Assembly: GCF_900079115.1 (NCBI RefSeq)
Contig: NZ_LT549890.1
Coordinates: forward strand, 1,530,001-1,562,000
From: Saccharolobus solfataricus
GTDB lineage: Archaea; Thermoproteota; Thermoprotei_A; Sulfolobales; Sulfolobaceae
Length of the DNA: 32,000 nucleotides
Direction: 5' to 3'
Below, in pieces: positions 18,060 through 26,980 of the stretch (position 1 is the stretch's first letter; each line of letters opens with the position of its first letter). Under the pieces are notes generated by a model that did not search any database, was not told the origin of the DNA, and saw only the letters and a list, made by a program, of their open reading frames with translations. A program made the translations under genes and the position numbers.

Positions 18060-18347
18060 ATGGAATTCCTTTCGCTTCTAATTTTCGTTTCCGGAATAAT
18101 CGTGGCTTTCTTAACTCTTTATTTCTCACCGGATTTTGGAAGGGTAAAACCAAATAAAAGAAGCCTATCGACCATATTTTTATCAATAGCCCTTACGGGA
18201 ATAGGTTTATGGCTCTATTCCATCGACCATTCAACATATTTTTGCCCAAATATTAACGCCCCCCAAATACATTTGGTATATTTTGTAGAGGGTATGAGAT
18301 CCCGCCACCTTTGTACGCTAACTTATGGCCATTCACAATCGCAATAG
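18060..18347 (+). CDS. Small membrane protein (cassette gene B), possibly frameshifted at a C6 tract
   Basis: Two clear TM segments. After the C6 run at 18259-18264, the frame reached by adding one C encodes a third TM (LWPFTIAIGLIILIIPMI) and ends at 18391. Confidence 0.45.
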   Translation: MEFLSLLIFVSGIIVAFLTLYFSPDFGRVKPNKRSLSTIFLSIALTGIGLWLYSIDHSTYFCPNINAPQIHLVYFVEGMRSRHLCTLTYGHSQSQ

Positions 18348-18395
18348 GCTTAATCATACTTATAATTCCAATGATTAGACCCAAAAATTAGACCA

Positions 18396-18403
18396 TTTAT
18401 AAA
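18396..18403 (+). promoter_or_regulatory. Candidate TATA box of the zinc-finger gene
   Basis: tttataaa lies 36 nt upstream of the GTG start. The whole upstream segment is almost identical in the inverted copy (19530-19570). Confidence 0.4.
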
Positions 18404-18431
18404 GTCACACAATTTTTTATCGCTTAATGAA

Positions 18432-18623
18432 GTGGGAATTATAGGCCCTTACGTTTGTCCCCTCTGTCTCATGCCCTTTAATTCCTCAGTTAGTCTGAAA
18501 CAACACATCAGATATACTGAGCATACAAAGACTTGTCCCATATGCAAAAAGGAGTTTAGAAACACTGATTCAACCCTAGACCATGTTTGCAAAAAACATA
18601 ATATATCTGCGTTAGTTAGGTGA
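18432..18623 (+). CDS. Double C2H2 zinc-finger protein (cassette gene C)
   Basis: 63 aa with CPLC-x12-H-x4-H and CPIC-x12-H-x4-H. Confidence 0.7.
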   Translation: MGIIGPYVCPLCLMPFNSSVSLKQHIRYTEHTKTCPICKKEFRNTDSTLDHVCKKHNISALVR

Positions 18624-18626
18624 ACC

Positions 18627-18965
18627 TTGATGAAGTTAGGGGTGAGGAGTCTTTGGTTAATTATCGTTATTTGTAACACTATTGACCTCCTTTACAGCTA
18701 CGAACTATGGACTGGTTATATCGCAATAACTGGAGGGTTTATTGAACTAAACCCTTTGGTTAACTTAATTGAGACCATCGGAGGTAATTACGTGTTTCCA
18801 GACTCAATTAGCCTCAAAATTATAGGATTAGCCGCTATGTATTGGACAACAAAATTTTTGCCATACCGTTTGAAAATGTTAGCGCTTAAAGTAGTTGCAT
18901 CAATCTTCTTAGTTGTTGTAATATATGAATTATTCATTTTACCTTTACTGTCTATGGCCCTTTAA
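18627..18965 (+). CDS. Small polytopic membrane protein (DUF5658-like, assignment from memory)
   Basis: 112 aa with 3-4 TM segments and an ELNPL motif after the second TM. It starts 4 bp after the zinc-finger gene. Confidence 0.5.
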   Translation: MMKLGVRSLWLIIVICNTIDLLYSYELWTGYIAITGGFIELNPLVNLIETIGGNYVFPDSISLKIIGLAAMYWTTKFLPYRLKMLALKVVASIFLVVVIYELFILPLLSMAL

Positions 18966-18992
18966 AAAGTCTTAACTTTTTGTTCTCTTAAC

Positions 18993-19377
18993 ATGAAGTC
19001 AGTCCTAGTAACTTTAGGGATATTAACTATATTCTTAATGTCATTAGTAACACCAACGTCTGCACAAACGTATCCTAATACATGGGTTATAGCGTTCTAT
19101 CGGGCTCATACCCTTCTGGGTCATCAGAGAGTAGCTACCAAAGCTTTGCCGTAAACTTTTCAAATTCATTTTTATAGCTCTTTATTCCTCATATTATTTA
19201 GGTTATGTAGAGACGTTGACTCTTAAGTCAAATATAGGAACTCTAGCAATTCAGCTTTTCCTAGTGTTTGTAGGCTCCAACGTCGTGTCATCTAATTTTA
19301 TTACTGGAACTGGTGGTGAAGATACGTTTATCTACAAATATTATCATCGGGGACTTTGTTATATTATACATAAATGA
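18993..19377 (+). pseudogene. Decayed gene for a signal-peptide protein
   Basis: The ATG at 18993 gives MKSVLVTLGILTIFLMSLVTPTSAQ (Sec-type signal) with a stop at 19154. Plausible coding continues in two other frames (..SGSYPSGSSESSYQSFAVNFSNSF.. and ..GYVETLTLKSNIGTLAIQLFLVFVGSNVVSSNFITGTGGEDTFIYKYY..) to 19377. Confidence 0.4.
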
Positions 19378-19427
19378 ATTAGTGCTTGATCCTACTGGCG
19401 AAGTATTCCTTAACATAATTGTATTAC

Positions 19428-19529
19428 CTATTTAGTATGTTCAGTGTATCGTATGTGTTGCTTCAGACTAACTGATGAAGAAAATGACATTAAGCAAAGG
19501 GGACAAACGTAAGGGCCTATAATTCCCAC
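19428..19529 (-). pseudogene. Truncated one-finger copy of the C2H2 zinc-finger gene (cassette gene C')
   Basis: It reads (GTG)GIIGPYVCPLCLMSFSSSVSLKQHIRYTEHTK*. This is nearly identical to residues 1-33 of 18432..18623, and the upstream promoter region is identical. Confidence 0.6.
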
Positions 19530-19951
19530 TTCATTAAGCGATAAAAAATTGTGTAAGTTTATAAAGGGCTTAGTCTATTAAATGCCGTAGTAAGTCTATT
19601 ACTGCCTTACGAAATTTGGGGCTTAAGTACATTGCAATCCCTAAAGAGGCTAAAAAATTGCTAAGGCAATTTCTGGAGCGTATTGAACATACCAAGGTGT
19701 TGTATTCGGGAAAATAATTTTCCCATCTGGTACACTTATGTTTTCTTCACCCGGTGTACAATATATACAAGATGTCATATAAATGAGGTAAAAAAAGGAT
19801 TAACTTATAAGTCTTTTCGTTATACTAGGAGTCCTAACGGTGTCTCTGTATAACTTAGTTGCAAGTTTCCATAAACTTGTGCACTACTACTTTATGTGTA
19901 AGCATTTGCTGAGTAACTGTTTCCGTTATAAGAAGAACTGACGTGGAAGAA

Positions 19952-20158
19952 CTATATGTCCTTTCTTAATATTATTCGCTTTAGTTTACTAATGATTCTT
20001 AATTCATGAAAAATGGTAAATAATAACGATATGGAGGCTAGGGAAATAAGTATTAAAGATATTAAAAGAGGAAAGTAGTCTACGTTTCGAGGAGTAAAAT
20101 GAACTGGGCCAAATGCGGGAACTAAAGATTGATTTGTAACAGATGTAGATGTAGCCAT
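19952..20158 (-). CDS. Small single-TM protein, positional counterpart of cassette gene B (B')
   Basis: 68 aa with one TM (FPLLISLILISLASISLLFTIF). The intergenic sequence upstream of it is homologous to that upstream of 18060, but the protein is not visibly similar. Confidence 0.35.
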   Translation of the reverse strand: MATSTSVTNQSLVPAFGPVHFTPRNVDYFPLLISLILISLASISLLFTIFHELRIISKLKRIILRKDI

Positions 20159-20308
20159 TAAAAAAGGATGTACTTTTGATTTAAAAATCTTATCACAATT
20201 TTAGATAGGTACGTATTGAGTATTGTAGTTTAGTCCATTTATTGTATTATAACTCTGTCCCTCAGATAACTGTTTATAGTTTAGTCCATAATGCTGATAT
20301 GTATAACT

Positions 20309-20755
20309 TCATCCAATGCTGAAGTACCATACATATGGGTTCGTCCAAACACCAAGAAACTCATTATGGAACAATGTTAAACCGCTTTCAACAACATATG
20401 ATGGTATAGTTGCCGTATCGCCTACGCCGGTTGCTGATGAATACCCAACAACTGCATTAATATACGTAACCCATTGACCGTTAATGAACATGCCATACCA
20501 ACCAGTTGACCATAATGATATTATATTAAATAATTTGAATAGATCAGTGTAAGTTCCTTCAAGAGCAAAAGAGGGATTAACTGATCCGCCAAAATCGCTA
20601 TTGGCGAAAATTACTGGAGTACCACTATATAAGAACTGACGTGGAACGGGAATCGTATATGTGTTACCATTAAAGGTAAGGAATCCTTCTGCACAATATG
20701 AATTATTAACCAATAAAACTTGATTACCGCTAATTTTAACTTGCATGCTAATCAT
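20309..20755 (-). CDS. Aromatic-rich protein of unknown function (cassette gene A'); an in-frame TGA is followed by 35 conserved codons down to 20201
   Basis: 148-aa ORF. After the TGA at 20309-20311 the same frame reads SYTYQHYGLNYKQLSEGQSYNTINGLNYNTQYVPI*, matching the C-terminus of 17742..18029. Confidence 0.55.
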   Translation of the reverse strand: MISMQVKISGNQVLLVNNSYCAEGFLTFNGNTYTIPVPRQFLYSGTPVIFANSDFGGSVNPSFALEGTYTDLFKLFNIISLWSTGWYGMFINGQWVTYINAVVGYSSATGVGDTATIPSYVVESGLTLFHNEFLGVWTNPYVWYFSIG

Positions 20756-20877
20756 AGCACATATAATTTTCAGAGATTACATAAAAAGTTCTTGTCTCTT
20801 TAAGAAGCATAAGGTTATTTGTAGCTGCAGCTTATAGAATCGTGTAATTTATAATCATCATGAAATATTATATCTAA

Positions 20878-21684
20878 TTATAACTCATAAACTAAGGAGG
20901 CTAATAATTTTTCACTATTAGCAAGTAATATCTCTAAATTATAAATATTTCCCGGAACAAACGTTACTCCAGATAGAGCAAATTTTATATATATTCTATT
21001 TTCTCCCGCCATAACTGTTTTGGGATTGATTTGTAATGCTTGAAAATTGTAGCCCATAATTTGGGCTGAGATTATTTCAGAGGACTCTTTAGAATAAACG
21101 ACTACGTTTGCATCTCCGTTGCTTTTTAAAATTCCGTAACCTATACTCTTGTCGCTAGGAACTATTAGTAGCTTTTCTTCCCTAGGGGCTTGAAGCATTT
21201 TTCTCATAACTTCATCAGAAGCAAAGTAGGAAATTATGTAACCTATGAAAGAGGTTATAGATATCATTACCAGAATTCCTGCAATTTTCTCTGTATTTAC
21301 TTGAAATCTCTGTCCTATCTTATATATAGTATACCCTATCATTACGTCACCTATAAATACTAGGGAACCTCCTATATAAATTAAAATCGGTAAAATAGCA
21401 CCGAATAGCAATGCTACTATGCCGATAATAAATATGTTAACTCCAGTTGTGCCTATGTATGTATTTATCGTTTTCGATAACTGGAAAAATCCAGTTCTCA
21501 TTCTTGAAAATCCTATTAGCAATATGCCATATGCGACTAACTCAAATATTAAGACGAAAAAGCTATTAGCCAGTGAGTTTTCTCTCAATATAACTACTTC
21601 TGTTACCAAAGCTATAATTATTGCTAAAAAGTAATATAGTGAACCTGTTTTGATGTTTTTTAAAGCTTGAATACTTGATTCCAT
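20878..21684 (-). CDS. Membrane protein, unknown function (5-6 TM N-terminal part plus a ~100-aa soluble C-terminal domain)
   Basis: 268 aa, hydrophobic for the first ~160 aa, then a beta-rich looking tail. A paralogue fragment lies at 12838..13036. Confidence 0.6.
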   Translation of the reverse strand: MESSIQALKNIKTGSLYYFLAIIIALVTEVVILRENSLANSFFVLIFELVAYGILLIGFSRMRTGFFQLSKTINTYIGTTGVNIFIIGIVALLFGAILPILIYIGGSLVFIGDVMIGYTIYKIGQRFQVNTEKIAGILVMISITSFIGYIISYFASDEVMRKMLQAPREEKLLIVPSDKSIGYGILKSNGDANVVVYSKESSEIISAQIMGYNFQALQINPKTVMAGENRIYIKFALSGVTFVPGNIYNLEILLANSEKLLASLVYEL

Positions 21685-21940
21685 AGTTACAGTTTAATTT
21701 TAGGGTAAAAATAAGTGACTCATGAGGAAGTTGGTAGTATAGTCAATGAGATATAATATGTTTCTTGGACTAGGAAAAATACTTTAATCATTTTATGATT
21801 TAAGAATCGAAATATCCTACTAAATACTTTAATTTTCTCAGATGCTATGCTATTAAGTTTCTTAAATTCCAAACCGAATAACTAAGAATAAGTTTAACGT
21901 AGCTAAAAGATAAAATTTGATAGATATCTCATATTCTAAC

Positions 21941-22050
21941 CATTAAGCTGTAAATTGTTTTCCTAATCTTCCAAACGTATATAAGAGTATCAATTTTAAT
22001 AGCTTCACTTTATGAAGTCTAGTCAGCTTAATTAATTTGTAGCTCAGTGA
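21941..22050 (+). repeat. MITE-like ~110-bp repeat, copy 2
   Basis: See 13409-13517. This copy ends 14 bp before the terminus of the truncated 1,234-bp-type IS. Confidence 0.55.
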
Positions 22051-22064
22051 CTATACCATAATCT

Positions 22065-22291
22065 CGTGAGAGTGTCCGGAATGTAAAAAACTGAATTTTA
22101 ATTTTTGAGAATAAATTGATTCTTAGCGTTATCTTGGATTAAATTGTAGTAATACTTAAGTTATGGGAGGAGAGAGTAGTACCATGACACGTACACTAAG
22201 ACGCATCCCAAACTTAGTGTACTATTCTCTCCCCCCAAGAGAGGATATGCCGTGGAGGGAAAAATGATTAACGGATATCAAACCCGTGCTA
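22065..22291 (+). mobile_element. 5' 227 bp of an ISC1234-type IS (terminal repeat plus first 27 transposase codons), truncated by the next element
   Basis: cgtgagagtgtccggaatgtaaaaaa.. and MTRTLRRIPNLVYYSLPPREDMPWREK align with the reverse complement of 27990-28214 of the intact copy. Confidence 0.8.
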
Positions 22292-23581
22292 GAGAGAGTG
22301 TCCCAAGCGCAAATAATTGAATAAATATAGTATGATAGAAAAATAATTTTATAATTAATTAAGAATAAAATATAATTATATCTTTCAGTATAACGAGAGA
22401 TTAAGCTTATATTGTAATGGAAAATAATCAAGTATAGAGAAAAACAGAATTTCCAACATAGTCCACACTACCTTGATCAACTCTCGCGGTACAAGTTAGT
22501 GGGCGAGTTGACTCTCCGGAACACGCGATAACACAGAAGTGTAGATGTAGGAGTTGTAAATCAACGCGATAACGTAGACAAAGAACTCGACCATACCCTT
22601 TTCAGTAGCGTAAGGCCTCCAATACCTCCTCAAGAAGATCCCAAAGAACTCCACATACCTCCTGAAACTAGAGAAACCTATCAACCAGGTCGAGGACTTC
22701 CCCACGAAGCCCCTATCCACTACCTTATAACCGCTGCGAGAGAAGCCAACCTTATTGTCCGGAAAATTGGCCAGTTCCACTTGAATCTCGTGAACTATCA
22801 TTGTTGGCGACATGAGGTTGAAGACCTTGAAGCCGAAGTAACTCCTGTTCCTCTTCTTTGTAAACTCTCCCTTGAACCTCCTCCTCGCTTTGCACTTAAT
22901 GTAAAAGAAGAGCGTGTTAGCCGCCTCCCTGTACTTCCTCTGCCTTAGGTCTAGCTCAAACTTCTTCTTCAATGTTTCCTTGTTCCTCTTCCCGAAGGGT
23001 ACCTCGATTAGGAAGGAATCCACGATCCACAGCTTTCCAACCTTTCCGTATAACGCACTGCTAGGTAAGTAGTCGGCAAGTCTACTCATCTTCCCCTCCA
23101 ACTCCTTGGCGTACTCCTTGAACAGAGTCTTTACCTCTCCCCTAAATTTCTTTGCCCTCCTATGGATCTCCGACTTAGACTTGTACTCGCCTAGGAACCA
23201 CCTTACCACCACGTCTGACTCGTAGTAGCTCCGCACGTCCCTGTAGGAGCACGTCCACACAATCATTACTATTAACGCTCTCAATATGAAGAGGTCAGAG
23301 AGACGCGACAGCACTTCAGACGTGATCAGCATGTAGTTCATTTTCACAAGTGTTTTATGCCTTGCTGATAAATGTTCATAGGGAACCGGGCCGTTGTAGT
23401 ATTCTATCCAATGCTTCATGTGAATCGGTACTACATCGTCCCGGTTCCCTTTAAGTATTACGCGACTTTTTGCTTCAAGCGAAAATTCAAAATTTCTCAG
23501 TAATTCACGATATCTTTTGAATTATTATCTATAAACCTTTACATAGATTTATTCAATTATTTGCACTTGGGACACTCTCTC
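22292..23581 (-). mobile_element. Intact-looking IS, ~1,290 bp, ISC1290-like (IS5-type; name inferred from length)
   Basis: Terminal inverted repeats GAGAGAGTGTCCCAAG(C/T)GCAAATAATTGAATAAAT at 22292-22327, with the reverse complement ending at 23581. One transposase ORF lies inside. There is no flanking direct repeat. Confidence 0.75.
22496..23419 (-). CDS. DDE transposase (same family as 27157..28116)
   Basis: 307 aa. It aligns along its length with the 319-aa transposase, for example WIVDSFLIEVPFGKRNKET vs WLVDSFLLDLPPGKRSVET, and VEFFGIFLRRYWRPY vs VEFFGTYLNAFWRPY. Confidence 0.8.
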   Translation of the reverse strand: MKHWIEYYNGPVPYEHLSARHKTLVKMNYMLITSEVLSRLSDLFILRALIVMIVWTCSYRDVRSYYESDVVVRWFLGEYKSKSEIHRRAKKFRGEVKTLFKEYAKELEGKMSRLADYLPSSALYGKVGKLWIVDSFLIEVPFGKRNKETLKKKFELDLRQRKYREAANTLFFYIKCKARRRFKGEFTKKRNRSYFGFKVFNLMSPTMIVHEIQVELANFPDNKVGFSRSGYKVVDRGFVGKSSTWLIGFSSFRRYVEFFGIFLRRYWRPYATEKGMVEFFVYVIALIYNSYIYTSVLSRVPESQLAH

Positions 23582-23606
23582 GAGTTTTTTACCAGGAGCA
23601 AATCCA

Positions 23607-24275
23607 TTGTTTAACATTAAAGATAATTACATGGAATTTACATATAAGGATAAACGTTTAAGATTTTATGGCTTCCTTCTAAATGGACATGTATATAATC
23701 AATTTATAAGTTTTGAGTATGGAAAAATTGATTTTAAAAATAAAACTGTTATAGATATTGGGGCAAATATAGGAGACTCATCTATATACTTTGCTATAAA
23801 CGGAGCTAAAGAAGTTTATGCTATAGAACCTATGCCCAAATTGTTTAACTACTTAACTGAAAATATTAGATTTAATAATATTACTAATATTATACCTTTA
23901 AATGTAGCAATAGGTAATGAAGAAGGATTAATAAAAATACCAAATATAGATGTAGGTTTAGATGCTTATACCAAGAATTTCCAAAATTCAGAAAACGGTA
24001 ATATTATTCCTGTAAAAACCTTAAGAAGTATAATTAGTGAATATGTTATATCAGAAAACATTGTTCTTAAGATAGATTGCGAAGGTTGTGAATATGATGC
24101 TATCTATAGCTTAGATAATACTACCTTAGATAAAATAAGTCAAATAGCACTAGAATATCATTATGGACCTTATAAATTATCTGAGTTCCTAATAGAAAAA
24201 GGATTTAAGGTTGAATACACAAAGCCTAAAAGATATAATGAACACGAAATTGGAATTTTATATGCGTTTAAATAA
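23607..24275 (+). CDS. FkbM-family SAM-dependent methyltransferase
   Basis: 222 aa. VIDIGANIGDSSIYFAINGAKEVYAIEP is SAM motif I in the FkbM context. A later KIDCEGCEYD block is present. The start could be the ATG at 23631 rather than the TTG at 23607. Confidence 0.7.
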   Translation: MFNIKDNYMEFTYKDKRLRFYGFLLNGHVYNQFISFEYGKIDFKNKTVIDIGANIGDSSIYFAINGAKEVYAIEPMPKLFNYLTENIRFNNITNIIPLNVAIGNEEGLIKIPNIDVGLDAYTKNFQNSENGNIIPVKTLRSIISEYVISENIVLKIDCEGCEYDAIYSLDNTTLDKISQIALEYHYGPYKLSEFLIEKGFKVEYTKPKRYNEHEIGILYAFK

Positions 24276-24299
24276 TAGGATTTTAATAGAGTAATATTT

Positions 24300-25325
24300 T
24301 TATAAAAATAATTTTAATATATTATCTATTATTTTTTGTTTATTAAAAATATCATATGCTTTTCTTCTTATTTCTTCTCTAATTAGATAATATTTTTCCT
24401 TGTTAAGTTTATATTGGTTATAAAAATCTAAAATAGCTCTAGCAAAGTCTTCAGTATTAAAGGGTCTAACTAATTTACCCAATATTATATTATCCCTTAT
24501 CTCAGGCAAATCAAAAGCCACAATTGGTAAACCGTGAGATTGAGCTTCAAGTAATACATATCCAAAGGTCTCGTATCTGGAAGTAAGAATAAATAATGAA
24601 GCTCTCGCATACTCTTGGCTCAAAACTTCGTCATTAACTTCTCCTAAGTACTTTACGTTAGTTTGCTTTTTAGCTAACTCTTCTATGACGTTTTTACCTT
24701 CTCCATTACCTATTATATGGAATTCTATGTTAGTTTTTAACTTCAATATTATATCAACTAATAAATCTATTCCTTTGTGATTTATATCTAACCTACCTAC
24801 AAATAATACGATAAACTTATTACATCGTATAATCTCAGAAGAGTTAGAATATATAAAGTTAGGAATCAAGAAAATTCGCTTACATCCAATCTTCTCCATT
24901 AAGTTTTTGTCATATACATTTAGCACATGAACCGTTTCATGTTTTGCTACGTTCCTAAATATTTTCCCTTTAATACCATTATCTCTCTGAATAAAACCGT
25001 GTAGCCCGAATATAATTTTCCTTCCAAACAATTTTAAGATAAAATATATTAATAAAAAGAATGGTAGTGATGGAATATCTACAAAATATACAGAATTACA
25101 TTTAAGTAATTTAGCTATATTTCTTAGATTTGAAAATGTGGGTAATATAATATAAATACTTCCAATTTTTGCAATTTTAATTAAATACTGATTTTTCTGA
25201 AGTGAATTACTTTTTCCGAAATAAAATAAGGATAAATCTGGAATAGCTTTTTGAACTTCTAAAGCCCATCTAACAGTACCAGTTTTAGATTCAATTATAT
25301 CTCCCTTTAACAATAAACAAGGCAT
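24300..25325 (-). CDS. GT4-family (GT-B) glycosyltransferase
   Basis: 341 aa with FVGRLDINHKGIDLL and the E-x7-E region SRYETFGYVLLEAQSHGLPIVAFD. Confidence 0.8.
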   Translation of the reverse strand: MPCLLLKGDIIESKTGTVRWALEVQKAIPDLSLFYFGKSNSLQKNQYLIKIAKIGSIYIILPTFSNLRNIAKLLKCNSVYFVDIPSLPFFLLIYFILKLFGRKIIFGLHGFIQRDNGIKGKIFRNVAKHETVHVLNVYDKNLMEKIGCKRIFLIPNFIYSNSSEIIRCNKFIVLFVGRLDINHKGIDLLVDIILKLKTNIEFHIIGNGEGKNVIEELAKKQTNVKYLGEVNDEVLSQEYARASLFILTSRYETFGYVLLEAQSHGLPIVAFDLPEIRDNIILGKLVRPFNTEDFARAILDFYNQYKLNKEKYYLIREEIRRKAYDIFNKQKIIDNILKLFL

Positions 25326-25457
25326 CAGTTTAGCTATAGTGAACTCTATTTAAAAACTTATAACGAAATATGCATTACTATTCGTTAGACAAATTAAGGA
25401 AAGACACTAATTGGCCTATGAAAAAACTTATATTTAATTACAAGACGATAAAATAAA

Positions 25458-26980
25458 ATGATTAGGTTTATAGGTAATAATAGGCGTAACCTTATTACTG
25501 CTTTGATACTTTACCTACTTACGTTAGTTCCTATTTATGTATTTCTATTTAGCAATGGATATTTGAACTTCTATGGCCCCAATTTGCCACTCTTCTCTGG
25601 AAAAGAAGTCGAACACTTACTAGCCGCATCAATATATAACCCTGAATATGGATTTTCTGTAAATGACGGTATTTATTTTTTATATTTACTTATTTTTACA
25701 TCATTAGGTATTTACAATATTATTATATTATACAAGATTTTTCTTATTATCACCTTTTCTATAACATTTTTGTTATTATATACAATGATAAATAAAGCAA
25801 TAAATATTTTTAAAATTAGTAGATATAAAAGCTTATCACTAATAATTGGAGTATTATTCTTTTTACTTAATCCTTTATATTTAGAGTACGTTGCGTTTAA
25901 TTTTTATAACCTTATATGGGGAGTTATAATATTTTCTTACATCTTAATAAAACTAATTGATATTGTAGTAAATGATAAAAACGTGACTAAACTTGACATA
26001 TTAAAATCTGGTATAGCCCTAGGTTTTTCGGGATTAATGGATCCAAGACTTTATATTTGGGGCTCATATATTCTAATATTGACATTTATAATTGTCATTA
26101 TAATTAAGCCCAGATTAATATTAAAGTTAATAAAATATCTTTCATTAACTTACATATCGTCATTACCTATAATCGCTTACATATATTATTTATTCGTTTA
26201 TCCTTCATTAATAACACAAGCAAGCACAATAAACGCTATAACAGTACCAGCTTATAGGCCAGATACTTATTCTTATATCGCAACGTGGTCTGAGAATTCT
26301 TTACTCTTTAACGTCTTTGCTTTCATAAATTCTGAGTGGACTTCTATAGTATATGCTCCACCTTCAATTCTCTTTTATCCTAGAACACAATGGTGGTTCT
26401 TTCCGCATTTCGGTAATAATTCCTTAATATTGCTGCCGCCTGGCATAATAACTTATATTTGGTTGGCATCTCTCTACATTTTCTTCATAGTAGCAGCACT
26501 AGCATTATTTGATAGAAAAAGAACACTTGCCTCTTCTTTGTTATTCATTCCAATGTTACTCATTATTTCATTATCTGCAGGAACAAACGTTCCTATTAAG
26601 GAATTTGTATATTTGCTAGAGATAGATCCTTCAAAACTACCTATTGTTGGAGGAATATTTGCCACAACTTTTGCAATTCCTTATTATGCTGAGGTCATGG
26701 CTCTGCCTTTTGCAAGTTATCTTTCCATACTTGGTACCAATTATTTATTAAATAGAATTAATAAGGAGATTCTAAAGAAAATTGCGGTTAGTATAATAAT
26801 TGTGCTAGCAGTGTTTGCCAGCTGGCAATACTTTAACGGTACTCTATACCCGTCAGAAGTCACCGGATCTTTCCCTGGTAATAGTATATCCTTAGAAGGA
26901 TATTATTATCCTTTAAATCCTCCACCTCAATGGGTTCACGTAATGAATCTCTTATCAACCTCTAACGCAGGAGTAGCTTA
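25458..26980 (+). pseudogene. Large polytopic membrane protein (possible GT-C-like glycosyltransferase or polymerase), 3' end hit by an IS
   Basis: At least 12 hydrophobic segments. The last 7 codons of the track ORF (VRVSGM*) are IS terminal-repeat sequence. The function call is only by context and architecture. Confidence 0.55.

Noticed and set aside
19471-19480. UGAUGA-like C-box sequences (also at 18628 and, on the minus strand, ~20853-20862) as possible C/D-box sRNAs
   Set aside because: No matching D box (CUGA) at the expected ~50-60 nt spacing and no terminal stem were found. Two of the three lie within coding sequence or start codons.
22222-22431. 69-aa minus-strand ORF
   Set aside because: It spans the junction between two different IS fragments and AT-rich IS-end sequence. 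It has low-complexity Ile/Tyr/Leu composition.
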